Part shown: piece by piece, positions 1 to 7,423 of the stretch
How positions within the stretch are numbered: the stretch's first letter is position 1
Layout of the letters: each line of letters starts with the position of its first letter
Source: Patescibacteria group bacterium
Lineage (GTDB): Bacteria > Patescibacteriota > Minisyncoccia > Moranbacterales > UBA1568
Direction of reading: 5' to 3'
Length of the DNA stretch: 34,185 nucleotides
NCBI GenBank assembly: GCA_030916545.1
Contig: JAUPWI010000003.1
Span: 1 to 34,185, forward strand
Program-made: the position numbers and the translations under genes
The notes under the pieces: generated by a model
The model's database searches: none
The model's input: the letters and a program-made list of their open reading frames with translations, nothing else
What the model was told of the DNA's origin: nothing

Positions 1-78
1 CGTCTGTATAGCCGAGCTTTCACTCAAACGGAAGTCACTAATCTCTATAATCTCGGCCGCTAACTCCACCGACGACAT

Positions 79-98
79 GACAGCGGTTCAACCGCTAC
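79..98. repeat. 20-nt mini-hairpin repeat, copy 1 (GACAGCGGTTCAACCGCTAC)
   Basis: Identical 20/20 to 246-265. Internal stem AGCGG/CCGCT with a 5-nt loop. Lies 26 nt upstream of hairpin repeat A. Confidence 0.6.
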
Positions 99-123
99 AC
101 CGTTATACCCGACTTTTTTGAGA

Positions 124-208
124 GAATGGGAGAAGAAACTTCTCTTTTTTCTTGCGACGTGTTCGGAAACACCAGCATCAAAAAAAGAGAAGTTTCCTCT
201 CACATTCT
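124..208 (+). repeat. Long hairpin repeat A (apex variant 1a, forward)
   Basis: Arms 124-151 and 181-208 pair at about 26/28 positions. Apex 152-180 is CTTGCGACGTGTTCGGAAACACCAGCATC, flanked by T6 and A6 runs. Confidence 0.85.
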
Positions 209-245
209 TTTTGCAGAAAGACAGGTGTGATTTTTCAGTGGTATC

Positions 246-265
246 GACAGCGGTTCAACCGCTAC
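246..265. repeat. 20-nt mini-hairpin repeat, copy 2
   Basis: Identical to 79-98. Lies 53 nt upstream of hairpin repeat B. Confidence 0.6.
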
Positions 266-317
266 TGACCCCTATTGGAATAGGCTTTGAGCTTTGGTAT
301 GGAGCTTTGTGGAATCG

Positions 318-393
318 GGAGGGTGGCTTTGGCTTTTTTCCGATGCTGGTGTTTCCGAACACGTCGCAAGGAAAAAAGTCAAAACCACCCTCC
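318..393 (-). repeat. Long hairpin repeat B (apex variant 1a, reverse)
   Basis: Apex 342-370 (GATGCTGGTGTTTCCGAACACGTCGCAAG) is the exact reverse complement of the A apex. Arms GGAGGGTGGCTTTGGCTTTTTTCC and GGAAAAAAGTCAAAACCACCCTCC pair with 2 mismatches. A T-run follows at 395-400. Confidence 0.85.
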
Positions 394-450
394 TCTTTTT
401 TGTTGAGATGATGAGGGCTCTTTTTTGGACCGATATGGGTAGCAGGAGCT

Positions 451-1380
451 TCACAAAGGGATGCTCATAGTTTCTTTGGGATCTGATATCCAGGTGAGGG
501 TCGTTCCTTGGCGTTCCCAGCGGCGAAGCCAGGAGAGTTGCCGACGGGCGTAGTGCCAGATGGCGTGCTCGAGTTCGATCCGCATGGTCTCTTGATCAAT
601 GGAACTTTGGAGCAATTGCGCGATGAAGCGATACTCGAGGCCGAAGCTCTCGAGGCGTTCCCAATCGATACCTTGTCCGTGAAGCCCCTCGACTTCCTCA
701 ATCATGCCGGATGCGAATCGGTTGAGAAGCCGTATTCTGATGCGTTCGCGGAGGACGTCTTTTGGAGGATTGAGGACGAGAATCGTGGAATGGTTTTCAG
801 CGGTTGATGGCTCGTGTTGAGTAACCGAAGGGACTGTGCCGAGAGCGGCGACGATTTCGAGAGCGCGGATGAGGCGGATCGGATTTTTCTGGTCGATAGT
901 TGCGGCCCTGGTCGGATCCTGTGCTTCGAGCAGTGTGTAGAGCTCATCGGCGGTCTTGGTGCTGAGGTGGTCTCGAAGGACCGGATCGGGCGGAACAGCC
1001 GGGAAACTCGTTCCTTCGAGAAGTGCTTGGATCCAAAAATGTGTGCCGCCGCAGATGAGAGGCTGTTTGCCACGAGCGCGGATATCAGTGATCACACGAT
1101 TGGCATCACGGAGGAAATCTGAGATATTGTACGCTTCGTTCGGGTCGGCGATATCGATGAGGTGGTGGCGGATGCCGCCGGAGATATATTCATCATCTGC
1201 CACCGATTCCGAATCCCGGAGCACCTTACCAGTGCCGATATCCATGCCGCTGTACACCTGGCGGCTATCGGCCGAGATGATTTCGCCATCCAGCCGATGC
1301 GCGAGTTCGATGGCCAGATCCGATTTGCCCGAGGCGGTCGGTCCGGCGATGACGATCAGTTTGTGAGGGGGTAATTCCAT
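451..1380 (-). CDS. miaA: tRNA dimethylallyltransferase (MiaA)
   Basis: 309-aa ORF. N-terminal P-loop IVIAGPTASGKS followed by ISADSRQVYSGMDIGTGK, typical of IPP transferases. Confidence 0.9.
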   Translation of the reverse strand: MELPPHKLIVIAGPTASGKSDLAIELAHRLDGEIISADSRQVYSGMDIGTGKVLRDSESVADDEYISGGIRHHLIDIADPNEAYNISDFLRDANRVITDIRARGKQPLICGGTHFWIQALLEGTSFPAVPPDPVLRDHLSTKTADELYTLLEAQDPTRAATIDQKNPIRLIRALEIVAALGTVPSVTQHEPSTAENHSTILVLNPPKDVLRERIRIRLLNRFASGMIEEVEGLHGQGIDWERLESFGLEYRFIAQLLQSSIDQETMRIELEHAIWHYARRQLSWLRRWERQGTTLTWISDPKETMSIPL

Positions 1381-1428
1381 AGTTGATTGAATGAAAACGA
1401 TTGCTCAGTATCAAGTGTTCGATGAGTG

Positions 1429-1506
1429 AGGATGTGGTAAGGTATTCTTTCCCGATGCTGGTGTTTCTGAACACGTCGCAAGGGAAAGAATACCTTACCA
1501 CATCCT
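1429..1506 (-). repeat. Long hairpin repeat C (apex variant 1b, reverse)
   Basis: Perfect 24-bp arms AGGATGTGGTAAGGTATTCTTTCC / GGAAAGAATACCTTACCACATCCT. Apex 1454-1482 is GATGCTGGTGTTTCTGAACACGTCGCAAG. Confidence 0.9.
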
Positions 1507-1579
1507 GAAGCTTATATGAAGAGAGTACTCTGTATCGGGAGTAATATGATTTTTTAGGAATGTGTTGTTGGTTGAAGCT

Positions 1580-1655
1580 GGAAGGATAATTGCTCTTTTT
1601 TCCTTGCGACGTGTTCAGAAACACCAGCATCGGAAAAAAGAGCAATTATCCCTCC
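1580..1655 (+). repeat. Long hairpin repeat D (apex variant 1b, forward)
   Basis: Arms GGAAGGATAATTGCTCTTTTTTCC / GGAAAAAAGAGCAATTATCCCTCC pair at 23/24. Apex 1603-1631 is CTTGCGACGTGTTCAGAAACACCAGCATC. Confidence 0.9.
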
Positions 1656-1744
1656 TTCACGTTTCGGACACCTATCGTATCCCATAGTATCGTGCAGCAA
1701 TGCGCTGTTTTTGATACAGAATGTTCCTTCTAGTTGCTTTTTTG

Positions 1745-1799
1745 GCGCCTCGTATTTTTCTGAACACGTTGTAAGGGAAAGGATACTTTACCACATCCT
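1745..1799 (-). repeat. Truncated hairpin repeat E (paralog of C, left arm lost)
   Basis: The right half aligns to C (…TTCTGAACACGTTGTAAGGGAAAGGATACTTTACCACATCCT). No complementary left arm is present. Confidence 0.7.
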
Positions 1800-1900
1800 G
1801 AAGTGAACATAAAGAGCGCTCTTTACTGATGCATCAGGTCAGTAAAAGGAATATGATTTTTTCAGAAATGCTTTTCCTATGAGATTTGAGATAGATACTA

Positions 1901-1976
1901 AGGGAGTGAGGCTCCTCTTTTTTCTTGCGACGTGTTCAGAAACACCAGCATCAAAAAAAGAGAAGTCTCACTCCCT
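1901..1976 (+). repeat. Long hairpin repeat F (apex variant 1b, forward)
   Basis: Apex 1924-1952 is identical to the D apex. Arms AGGGAGTGAGGCTCCTCTTTTTT / AAAAAAAGAGAAGTCTCACTCCCT pair with about 3 mismatches. Confidence 0.85.
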
Positions 1977-2044
1977 CCATACTTGAGAAACCTTCTGTCT
2001 TAAAGTGTACGAATGATGGAGTGTAGAAATATATTCCTGATGAA

Positions 2045-2125
2045 GCGGAAGGCACTCTCTTGCTTTTTCTGATGCCCCGTATTTCCGAATACGCAGCAAG
2101 GAAAAAGGAAGAGAGAACCTTCCGC
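2045..2125 (-). repeat. Long hairpin repeat G (apex variant 2, reverse)
   Basis: Apex 2071-2100 is GATGCCCCGTATTTCCGAATACGCAGCAAG. Arms GCGGAAGGCACTCTCTTGCTTTTTC / GAAAAAGGAAGAGAGAACCTTCCGC. Lies 35 nt beyond the dnaE stop codon. Confidence 0.85.
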
Positions 2126-2159
2126 ATAGAGACCGTAAAAGGAACTTTTTGAAAATATG

Positions 2160-5100
2160 TTATCCGACTGATTCGACACCCTGGAGCGCACGTATCTGTT
2201 CGAGGGTCGCTTCTTCAGGATCTATGTAGAAGGGTGTATCGATGGTCGTGCCGTGTATCTTGACGAGGACTTTCGTTTCCCCTTTCGGAACGGTTCGAAG
2301 AAAAGCCGAGAGTTCACTGATTAATTTTGCATCTGTTTGTTCCTGAAGGGTAATCAGAAGTTTTGGAGTCGAGGTAGCATTTTCGTCCATTTGAGTCTTC
2401 TCTGAAGCAGATTTTTCACGGGTGATGCGTACGCGTTCGAATTGCGTCAGGGTATCGAGAGAGAGACGTTCAGCGCTTTCGGCAATGCAACGGAGTTGAC
2501 CATCCTTGTGTGAAACTCGGGCATCAATAAGTACGATATCATCTTCTTTCCAGAAACCATCGGTCTGCTCGGCCGTTTTGCCGAAGACGAGGACTTCAGT
2601 CCGACCAGTGAGATCCTCGAGACCGATGAAAAACATCGGATGACCGTTTTTGGTGATCATACGTCTGACTGATGTGACGATACCGCCGATACGGACCCGA
2701 CTTTCGTTTTCTTGTTTTTCTATGTCGATGAGAGCCGTGGTGGTTTCTTTCAAGTAATGACGGTAATCGGAGGCTGGATGTCCAGTAACATAGAGTCCGA
2801 GGAGTTCCTTTTCCCAGGTAAGACGTTGTTGTTTGGAGGCTGGGATAGCTCGTGCGAGATTGATTTTTGTCTTGGGAAGTGGCATAGAGCCAAAAAGACT
2901 GTCGGTATGTGTCTCGGCAAGAGTAGAGGATTGTTTTCCGTAGCGTATGATGGCGTCGATGCTCTCAAGAATTTGTTCGCGTTCACCCAGGGTGTCAAGT
3001 GCTCCAACCTTCGTCAGCGCTTCGACTGATTTTTTGTTAAGATCCTTGGTCTGGACGCGTTCGACGAAGTCTTCGAGACTTTTGAATTTCCCGCCACGCT
3101 TCCGTTCCTTGACGATCTCTTCCGCACAGACCGAACCGACATTCTTGATCGCCTGAAGACCGAACCGGATGCGCTCGATATCGTCGTCTCCCTGGATGAC
3201 CGCGAAGCTCTCGAAGCTTTCATTGATATCTGGTTGTAGAACATCAAGGCCGATTTCGCGTGCTTCTCGTACTTCGATAGCGATGCGGTCGGTATCGTTC
3301 TGATCGCTTGTCAGGAGCGCGGCCATGAATTCGGCTGGATAGTGGGCCTTGAGATAGGCGGTCTGATAACCGATCATCGCGTAGCAAGCGGCGTGAGATC
3401 GGTTGAAACCATAGCCAGCAAACGGTTCGATGAAGGCGAAGACCTGTTCGGCGACGTGTTTGGTGATGCCGTGCTTGACGCAGCCCTCGATGAATTTGAT
3501 GCGTTGTTCGGCGACGAGTTCTTTGATTTTCTTTCCGACGGCTTTGCGGAGCACATCGGCTTCGCCGAGCGAGAAACCGGCAAGGTCGCGGGCGATCTGC
3601 ATAAGCTGTTCCTGATAGACGGCGACGCCGTAGGTGTTCTTCAGAATCGGTTCGAGTTTCGGGTGGAGATATTCGATTTGTTTGGTGCCGTGCTTGCCGC
3701 CGATGAAATCGGGGATGTATTCCATTGGTCCTGGGCGGTAGAGTGCGACCATGGCGATGATATCCTCAAAGACCGTTGGCTTGAGCTGTTTCAGGTAGCG
3801 CTTCATGCCGGTCGATTCGAGCTGGAAGACGCCGGTCGTCCGGGCTTCCTGGAGCACCCGATAGGCCCCCTCATCATCGATCGGCAGCTTGTCCATCACA
3901 TCGGAAACGGAGGCGGTATCCGGGTCGAGCCCGAGCTCATGCGCCAGCGCTTCGAATTTGCCGAGCGCGCGGACGATGCGAAGGGTGTTTTGGATGATGG
4001 TGAGGTTTTTGAGACCGAGAAAATCCATCTTGAGGAGACCGATCTTTTCGACGGCATTATTCTTGGTCGAAGCGGCATACTGGGTGACGACGCCTTCGCG
4101 TGAACCGGAAATCCGTTGAAGGGGGGTGTATTCGGTGACCGGGTCCTTGGTGATGACGACGCCGCAGGCATGCATCGAGGCATGACGGGCCAGCCCTTCG
4201 ATCTTCTGGGCATTGTCGACGAGGCGGCGGACTTCGGCATTGCCTTCGTAATGCGTCTTGAATTCCGGAACTTCCTCCAGCGCCTTCCTGATGGAAGTAA
4301 ACATCGGGATCATTTTGGCGGTCTGGTCGCAAAGAGACAGTGGTATGCCGAGCGCGCGACCGACATCGCGGATCGCACCGCGGGCGGCCATGGTTCCGAA
4401 GGTGATGATTTGTGCGACGTGGTCGGCCCCGAAACGTTCGCGGACGTAGTTTAGGACGTCTTCGCGATGATCATCGGCGAAGTCCATGTCGACATCGGGC
4501 ATGGAGATACGTTCTGGATTGAGGAAGCGTTCAAAGAGGAGATCGTATTGGATTGGGTCGAGGTTGGTAATGCCAGTCAGATAGGCGACGAAGGAACCGG
4601 CGGCCGAACCGCGGCCTGGACCAACAACGACGCCGTTGTCTTTCGCCCAGTTGACGAAGTCCTGGACGATGAGGAAGTATGATGCAAAGCCAGTCTTTCC
4701 GATGATATCGAGCTCGTAGTTGAGGCGAGTGAGCTGTTCTTCCGTCGTCGGAGCATCGCCGAAACGTTCTTTGAGTCCCATTTCGCAGAGCTGGCGCAAA
4801 TAGCCATCGGGGGTGACGCCTTCCGGAAGCGGATACACAGGTAGGTGATTGACCCCGAAGGTGAAGGAGAAATGACAGGCATCGACGATTTTTTGGGTAT
4901 TCTCGATAGCATCCGGAAAGTCTTTAAAAATCTCAATCATCTCTTCGGAGCTCTTGAGTGAGAGGTCAAGCGACATCATAGAGAATCGGTCACGGTCCTC
5001 AACACGTTTGTTATCCCGGATGCAGAGGAGTGTGTCTTGGATACTGGCGTCTTCGCGGCGGACATAGTGCACGTCATTCGCAGCGACGAGAGGAATATTC

Positions 5101-5690
5101 GTCTCCCGTGAAAGCGCGATGAGGCCTTGGTTGACCGCCGCCTGTGTCTCGTGATCGAAATGCGGCTGGATTTCAAGGTAGAAGTTACCCGCTCCAAAAA
5201 TATCCTGGTATTCGAGAGCAGCGAGTTTGGCGCGATCATAGTCACCATAGATGAGCTCGGAAGGCACTTCTCCTTGAAGCGATCCGGACAAGGCGATGAG
5301 TCCCTCGCTGTATTGTCGGAGGAGTGCTTTGTCGGTTCGGGCTTTGTAGTAGAAACCGTCGAGCTGTGCGATGGAAATGATCTTGAGGAGATTTTTATAG
5401 CCGGTCTCGTTTTTGACGAGGAGCACGATAGTGTGCCGACGGCGGTCTTCGGCCGTATTGTTCTTACTGTGAAGATCGTGACAGACGTACATCTCGGCTC
5501 CGATGATTGCCTTGATTCCGTAATCCTTGGCTTTGGTATAAAACTCAACCGCTCCGTACAGAGCCGAGGTATCGGTCAGGGCGAGCGAAGTCTGCCCGAG
5601 TTCTTTGGCGCGTGCTAAAAGTTCTTCTGGCCGGCCGAGTGCGGTCAAAAGAGTGTAATGCGAGTGGACATGGAGGTGGGTGAAGTTCAT
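2160..5690 (-). CDS. dnaE: DNA polymerase III alpha subunit (DnaE)
   Basis: 1176-aa ORF. N-terminal PHP motif FTHLHVHSHYTLL, a Pol IIIalpha core (…MPDVDMDF…), and a C-terminal OB-fold region. Confidence 0.95.
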   Translation of the reverse strand: MNFTHLHVHSHYTLLTALGRPEELLARAKELGQTSLALTDTSALYGAVEFYTKAKDYGIKAIIGAEMYVCHDLHSKNNTAEDRRRHTIVLLVKNETGYKNLLKIISIAQLDGFYYKARTDKALLRQYSEGLIALSGSLQGEVPSELIYGDYDRAKLAALEYQDIFGAGNFYLEIQPHFDHETQAAVNQGLIALSRETNIPLVAANDVHYVRREDASIQDTLLCIRDNKRVEDRDRFSMMSLDLSLKSSEEMIEIFKDFPDAIENTQKIVDACHFSFTFGVNHLPVYPLPEGVTPDGYLRQLCEMGLKERFGDAPTTEEQLTRLNYELDIIGKTGFASYFLIVQDFVNWAKDNGVVVGPGRGSAAGSFVAYLTGITNLDPIQYDLLFERFLNPERISMPDVDMDFADDHREDVLNYVRERFGADHVAQIITFGTMAARGAIRDVGRALGIPLSLCDQTAKMIPMFTSIRKALEEVPEFKTHYEGNAEVRRLVDNAQKIEGLARHASMHACGVVITKDPVTEYTPLQRISGSREGVVTQYAASTKNNAVEKIGLLKMDFLGLKNLTIIQNTLRIVRALGKFEALAHELGLDPDTASVSDVMDKLPIDDEGAYRVLQEARTTGVFQLESTGMKRYLKQLKPTVFEDIIAMVALYRPGPMEYIPDFIGGKHGTKQIEYLHPKLEPILKNTYGVAVYQEQLMQIARDLAGFSLGEADVLRKAVGKKIKELVAEQRIKFIEGCVKHGITKHVAEQVFAFIEPFAGYGFNRSHAACYAMIGYQTAYLKAHYPAEFMAALLTSDQNDTDRIAIEVREAREIGLDVLQPDINESFESFAVIQGDDDIERIRFGLQAIKNVGSVCAEEIVKERKRGGKFKSLEDFVERVQTKDLNKKSVEALTKVGALDTLGEREQILESIDAIIRYGKQSSTLAETHTDSLFGSMPLPKTKINLARAIPASKQQRLTWEKELLGLYVTGHPASDYRHYLKETTTALIDIEKQENESRVRIGGIVTSVRRMITKNGHPMFFIGLEDLTGRTEVLVFGKTAEQTDGFWKEDDIVLIDARVSHKDGQLRCIAESAERLSLDTLTQFERVRITREKSASEKTQMDENATSTPKLLITLQEQTDAKLISELSAFLRTVPKGETKVLVKIHGTTIDTPFYIDPEEATLEQIRALQGVESVG

Positions 5691-5785
5691 GTAATGGGAG
5701 ATACTGGATTCTTGATTTTTGAATTTTTCTCAGGTTGAGTATCGAATATCAGAGTTTATTCGGTTTTGTGTCTAAAGGCCGAAAG

Positions 5786-5822
5786 GGGCTTTTTCTTTGC
5801 TGCGTATTGGTGAGGCACCGAC
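5786..5822 (+). repeat. Decayed hairpin-repeat remnant H1 (variant 2 apex with deletions)
   Basis: CTTTTTCTTTGCTGCGTATTGGTGAGGCACCGA aligns to the H3 apex but with indels. No 3' arm is present. Confidence 0.55.
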
Positions 5823-5855
5823 AATCTGATTGTGTCTTGAGAAGATTCAAAACAA

Positions 5856-5892
5856 CTTTTTCTGATGCTCCTGTATTCGATGACGCGAAGGA
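5856..5892 (-). repeat. Decayed hairpin-repeat remnant H2 (variant 2 apex, reverse)
   Basis: CTTTTTCTGATGCTCCTGTATTCGATGACGCGAAGGA aligns to the G apex, but the apical helix is disrupted. Confidence 0.55.
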
Positions 5893-5912
5893 TATCGGAA
5901 ATTCATTTTTAC

Positions 5913-5995
5913 TTTCGAAGAGTAGAAGTGACTTTTTCCTTGCTGCGTATTCGGAAATACGGGGCATCAGAAAAAGTCACTTCTACTCTTCGAAA
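5913..5995 (+). repeat. Long hairpin repeat H3 (apex variant 2, forward)
   Basis: Perfect 25-bp arms TTTCGAAGAGTAGAAGTGACTTTTT / AAAAAGTCACTTCTACTCTTCGAAA. Apex 5939-5968 (CTTGCTGCGTATTCGGAAATACGGGGCATC) is the exact reverse complement of the G apex. Confidence 0.9.
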
Positions 5996-6148
5996 CATTT
6001 TTTCAACAAAAAATCGCACCAAAATGGAGCGAAAGAGAATTCGAAACTGGGTATTCGAGGTTGGACATGATGATGGTTTCTCTCAGCGCCCGGATCGCTC
6101 CATGGGGTTTGCAGAGAAGCTTAGGATAAGCCCAGTATATCATTTTTT

Positions 6149-6193
6149 GAAAAAAAAGAAACCCCTGGCAGCGATGTTGCTGACTGCCAGGGG
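6149..6193 (-). terminator. Intrinsic terminator (minus strand)
   Basis: 10-bp GC-rich stem CCCCTGGCAG (6162-6171) / CTGCCAGGGG (6184-6193). On the minus strand it is followed by TTTCTTTTTTTT. Confidence 0.7.
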
Positions 6194-6456
6194 TGGGTAC
6201 TGCGAGAATACTACTAGAGAGTACTACTCTTCCCGAAACGCGCACTGGCGTCTGGGGGGGGGTGCTACGGGCGGGTGTTGCCATACTGCGTTTGGGTGCC
6301 GCCTCAGATATGATGGAGTGTCCCGGCACGGACTTCTCCAAAAAAACCTAATCGCTCTAAAAGGTATTACACTTTCTTGCGCCCGTTCCGTCCTTCGAGA
6401 CGTTCGGGGTGTTACGCCGTTTTGCGCCGCATCGCCAACTGAGTGAGCTTGACGAG
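6149..6456 (-). ncRNA. Candidate ~300-nt structured non-coding RNA of unknown class
   Basis: A GC-rich, hairpin-dense island in a 940-bp gene-free spacer. Minus-strand extended -10 TGGTATAAA (6462-6470) lies upstream and the terminator at 6149-6193 downstream. Local hairpins include GGAGAAGUCC…GGACACUCC and CCGAACGUC…GACGGAACGG. ORFs through the region look like nonsense. Confidence 0.35.
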
Positions 6457-6657
6457 CGGTATTTATACCAGATATTTTTTTAAGAATACCAGGAAGCCAG
6501 GAAACATTACGTCAGAACTTGAAAATAGCCCTGTTACTACCTTCAAAGGACATCCTAGCATATGGATGGATTTTTGTCAAGGGCAACTGGCAGTATTGGC
6601 TTATAGAAGGGATAATTTACTTTTTCAGAAAGCGTGAAGATACGGTATACTGGATAC

Positions 6658-7365
6658 ATGCAACAAACGACTTTTGAGATTGAACAGGAGAAATCAGCCG
6701 GTGGAAGTCGCTTCGTGATCGGGGTGGACGAGGTCGGTCGTGGTCCCTTGGCTGGGCCGGTCGTGGCCGCTGCGGTGGCGTATCGCGACCCGAGCTTTGC
6801 TATTCCTCCCGAACAGGAAAAGGTATTCGCCCTGATGCGGGATTCGAAGAAATTATCAGAAAAACAACGCGAACAGGTGTTTACAACGATAGAAGAATAT
6901 TTCGCTGTTGGGATTGGCATTATTCCGGCTGAGACGATCGATCGGGTGAATATACTCGAGGCGACTTTTCTCGCGATGAAGGCGGCGATATCGGATCTGA
7001 AACGGGTTTTCTCGGCCGGTGATATGCAACAGGCTTATTTCCTAATCGATGGCAATCAGCTGTTGCCGAATTTTTCGGGCGAGCAGGAGGCGCTCATCGG
7101 TGGTGACGGTATCGCCAAATCCATCGCGGCGGCCTCCATCATCGCCAAGGTGACGCGTGACCGGATGATGGATGCTTTCGATCGGGAATATCCGGTGTAC
7201 GGGTTCGTCCGGCACAAGGGCTATGGCACGAAAGAGCATCTGGATGCTTTGCGGAAGTATGGAGCTTGTCCGCTCCATCGGCAGTCGTTCCGTCCAGTAC
7301 AGCTTTCTTCTCCCGATGTCGTCAATCGGCGATTCGCACGCGATCTGCGGCCGAAGCGGAAGTGA
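6658..7365 (+). CDS. rnhB: Ribonuclease HII
   Basis: Motif VIGVDEVGRGPLAGPVVAAAV plus a C-terminal HKGYGTKEHL region. ATG at 6658 is preferred; an in-frame GTG at 6634 is also possible. Confidence 0.88.
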   Translation: MQQTTFEIEQEKSAGGSRFVIGVDEVGRGPLAGPVVAAAVAYRDPSFAIPPEQEKVFALMRDSKKLSEKQREQVFTTIEEYFAVGIGIIPAETIDRVNILEATFLAMKAAISDLKRVFSAGDMQQAYFLIDGNQLLPNFSGEQEALIGGDGIAKSIAAASIIAKVTRDRMMDAFDREYPVYGFVRHKGYGTKEHLDALRKYGACPLHRQSFRPVQLSSPDVVNRRFARDLRPKRK

Positions 7366-7423
7366 AGGACGGCGGACGGTCGTGACGAGGTCCGGGTCGG
7401 CAATCGGAAGCGGATGGTGTACC

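Noticed and set aside
1-78. Possible 5' end of a leftward gene: ATG at 78-76, MSSVELAAEIIEISDFRLSESSAIQT…, running off the window.
   Set aside because: Only 26 codons are visible and no motif is recognisable. That is too little evidence to call a CDS.
118-411. Track ORFs crossing the hairpin repeats: 118-411(+), 272-454(-), 1265-1645(-), 2000-2191(-), 5735-6070(+), 5865-6446(+), 6003-6341(-).
   Set aside because: They run straight through palindromic repeats or terminators. They have no RBS and give low-complexity, nonsense-like peptides, so they are by-products of stop-poor repeat sequence.
2069-2104. CUGAUG…GAAA strings in apex variants 2 and 3 resemble a hammerhead ribozyme core.
   Set aside because: The core reads CUGAUGC rather than CUGANGA. 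The GAAA is part of the A-run stem. The three-helix geometry and cleavage-site context are missing, and variant 1 lacks CUGA entirely.
124-2125. Could the repeated hairpins be a CRISPR array?
   Set aside because: The units occur in both orientations with irregular spacing (73-900 nt). The conserved part is the loop of a long palindrome, not a direct repeat separating unique spacers. No cas genes are in the window.
6190-6206. A plus-strand AGGGGUGGGUACUGCGAG string resembles the T-box antiterminator sequence (AGGGUGGUACCGCG).
   Set aside because: It follows the hairpin rather than preceding it. There is no plus-strand U-run, no specifier, AG or GNUGGA elements, and the downstream gene (rnhB) is not an aminoacyl-tRNA-related gene.
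6149-6456. Identity as RNase P RNA, SRP RNA or tmRNA.
   Set aside because: Only short one-sided resemblances exist (GGAGAAGUCCG; GUGCCGGGA). There is no P4 3' strand, no helix-8 GGAA/AGCA motif, and no tRNA-like acceptor/T-arm or tag ORF.
7172-7423. N-terminal extension of the GT39-like ORF.
   Set aside because: It overlaps the rnhB 3' end by about 190 nt in another frame and is not hydrophobic. ATGs at 7424, 7451 and 7457 lie just after the rnhB stop.
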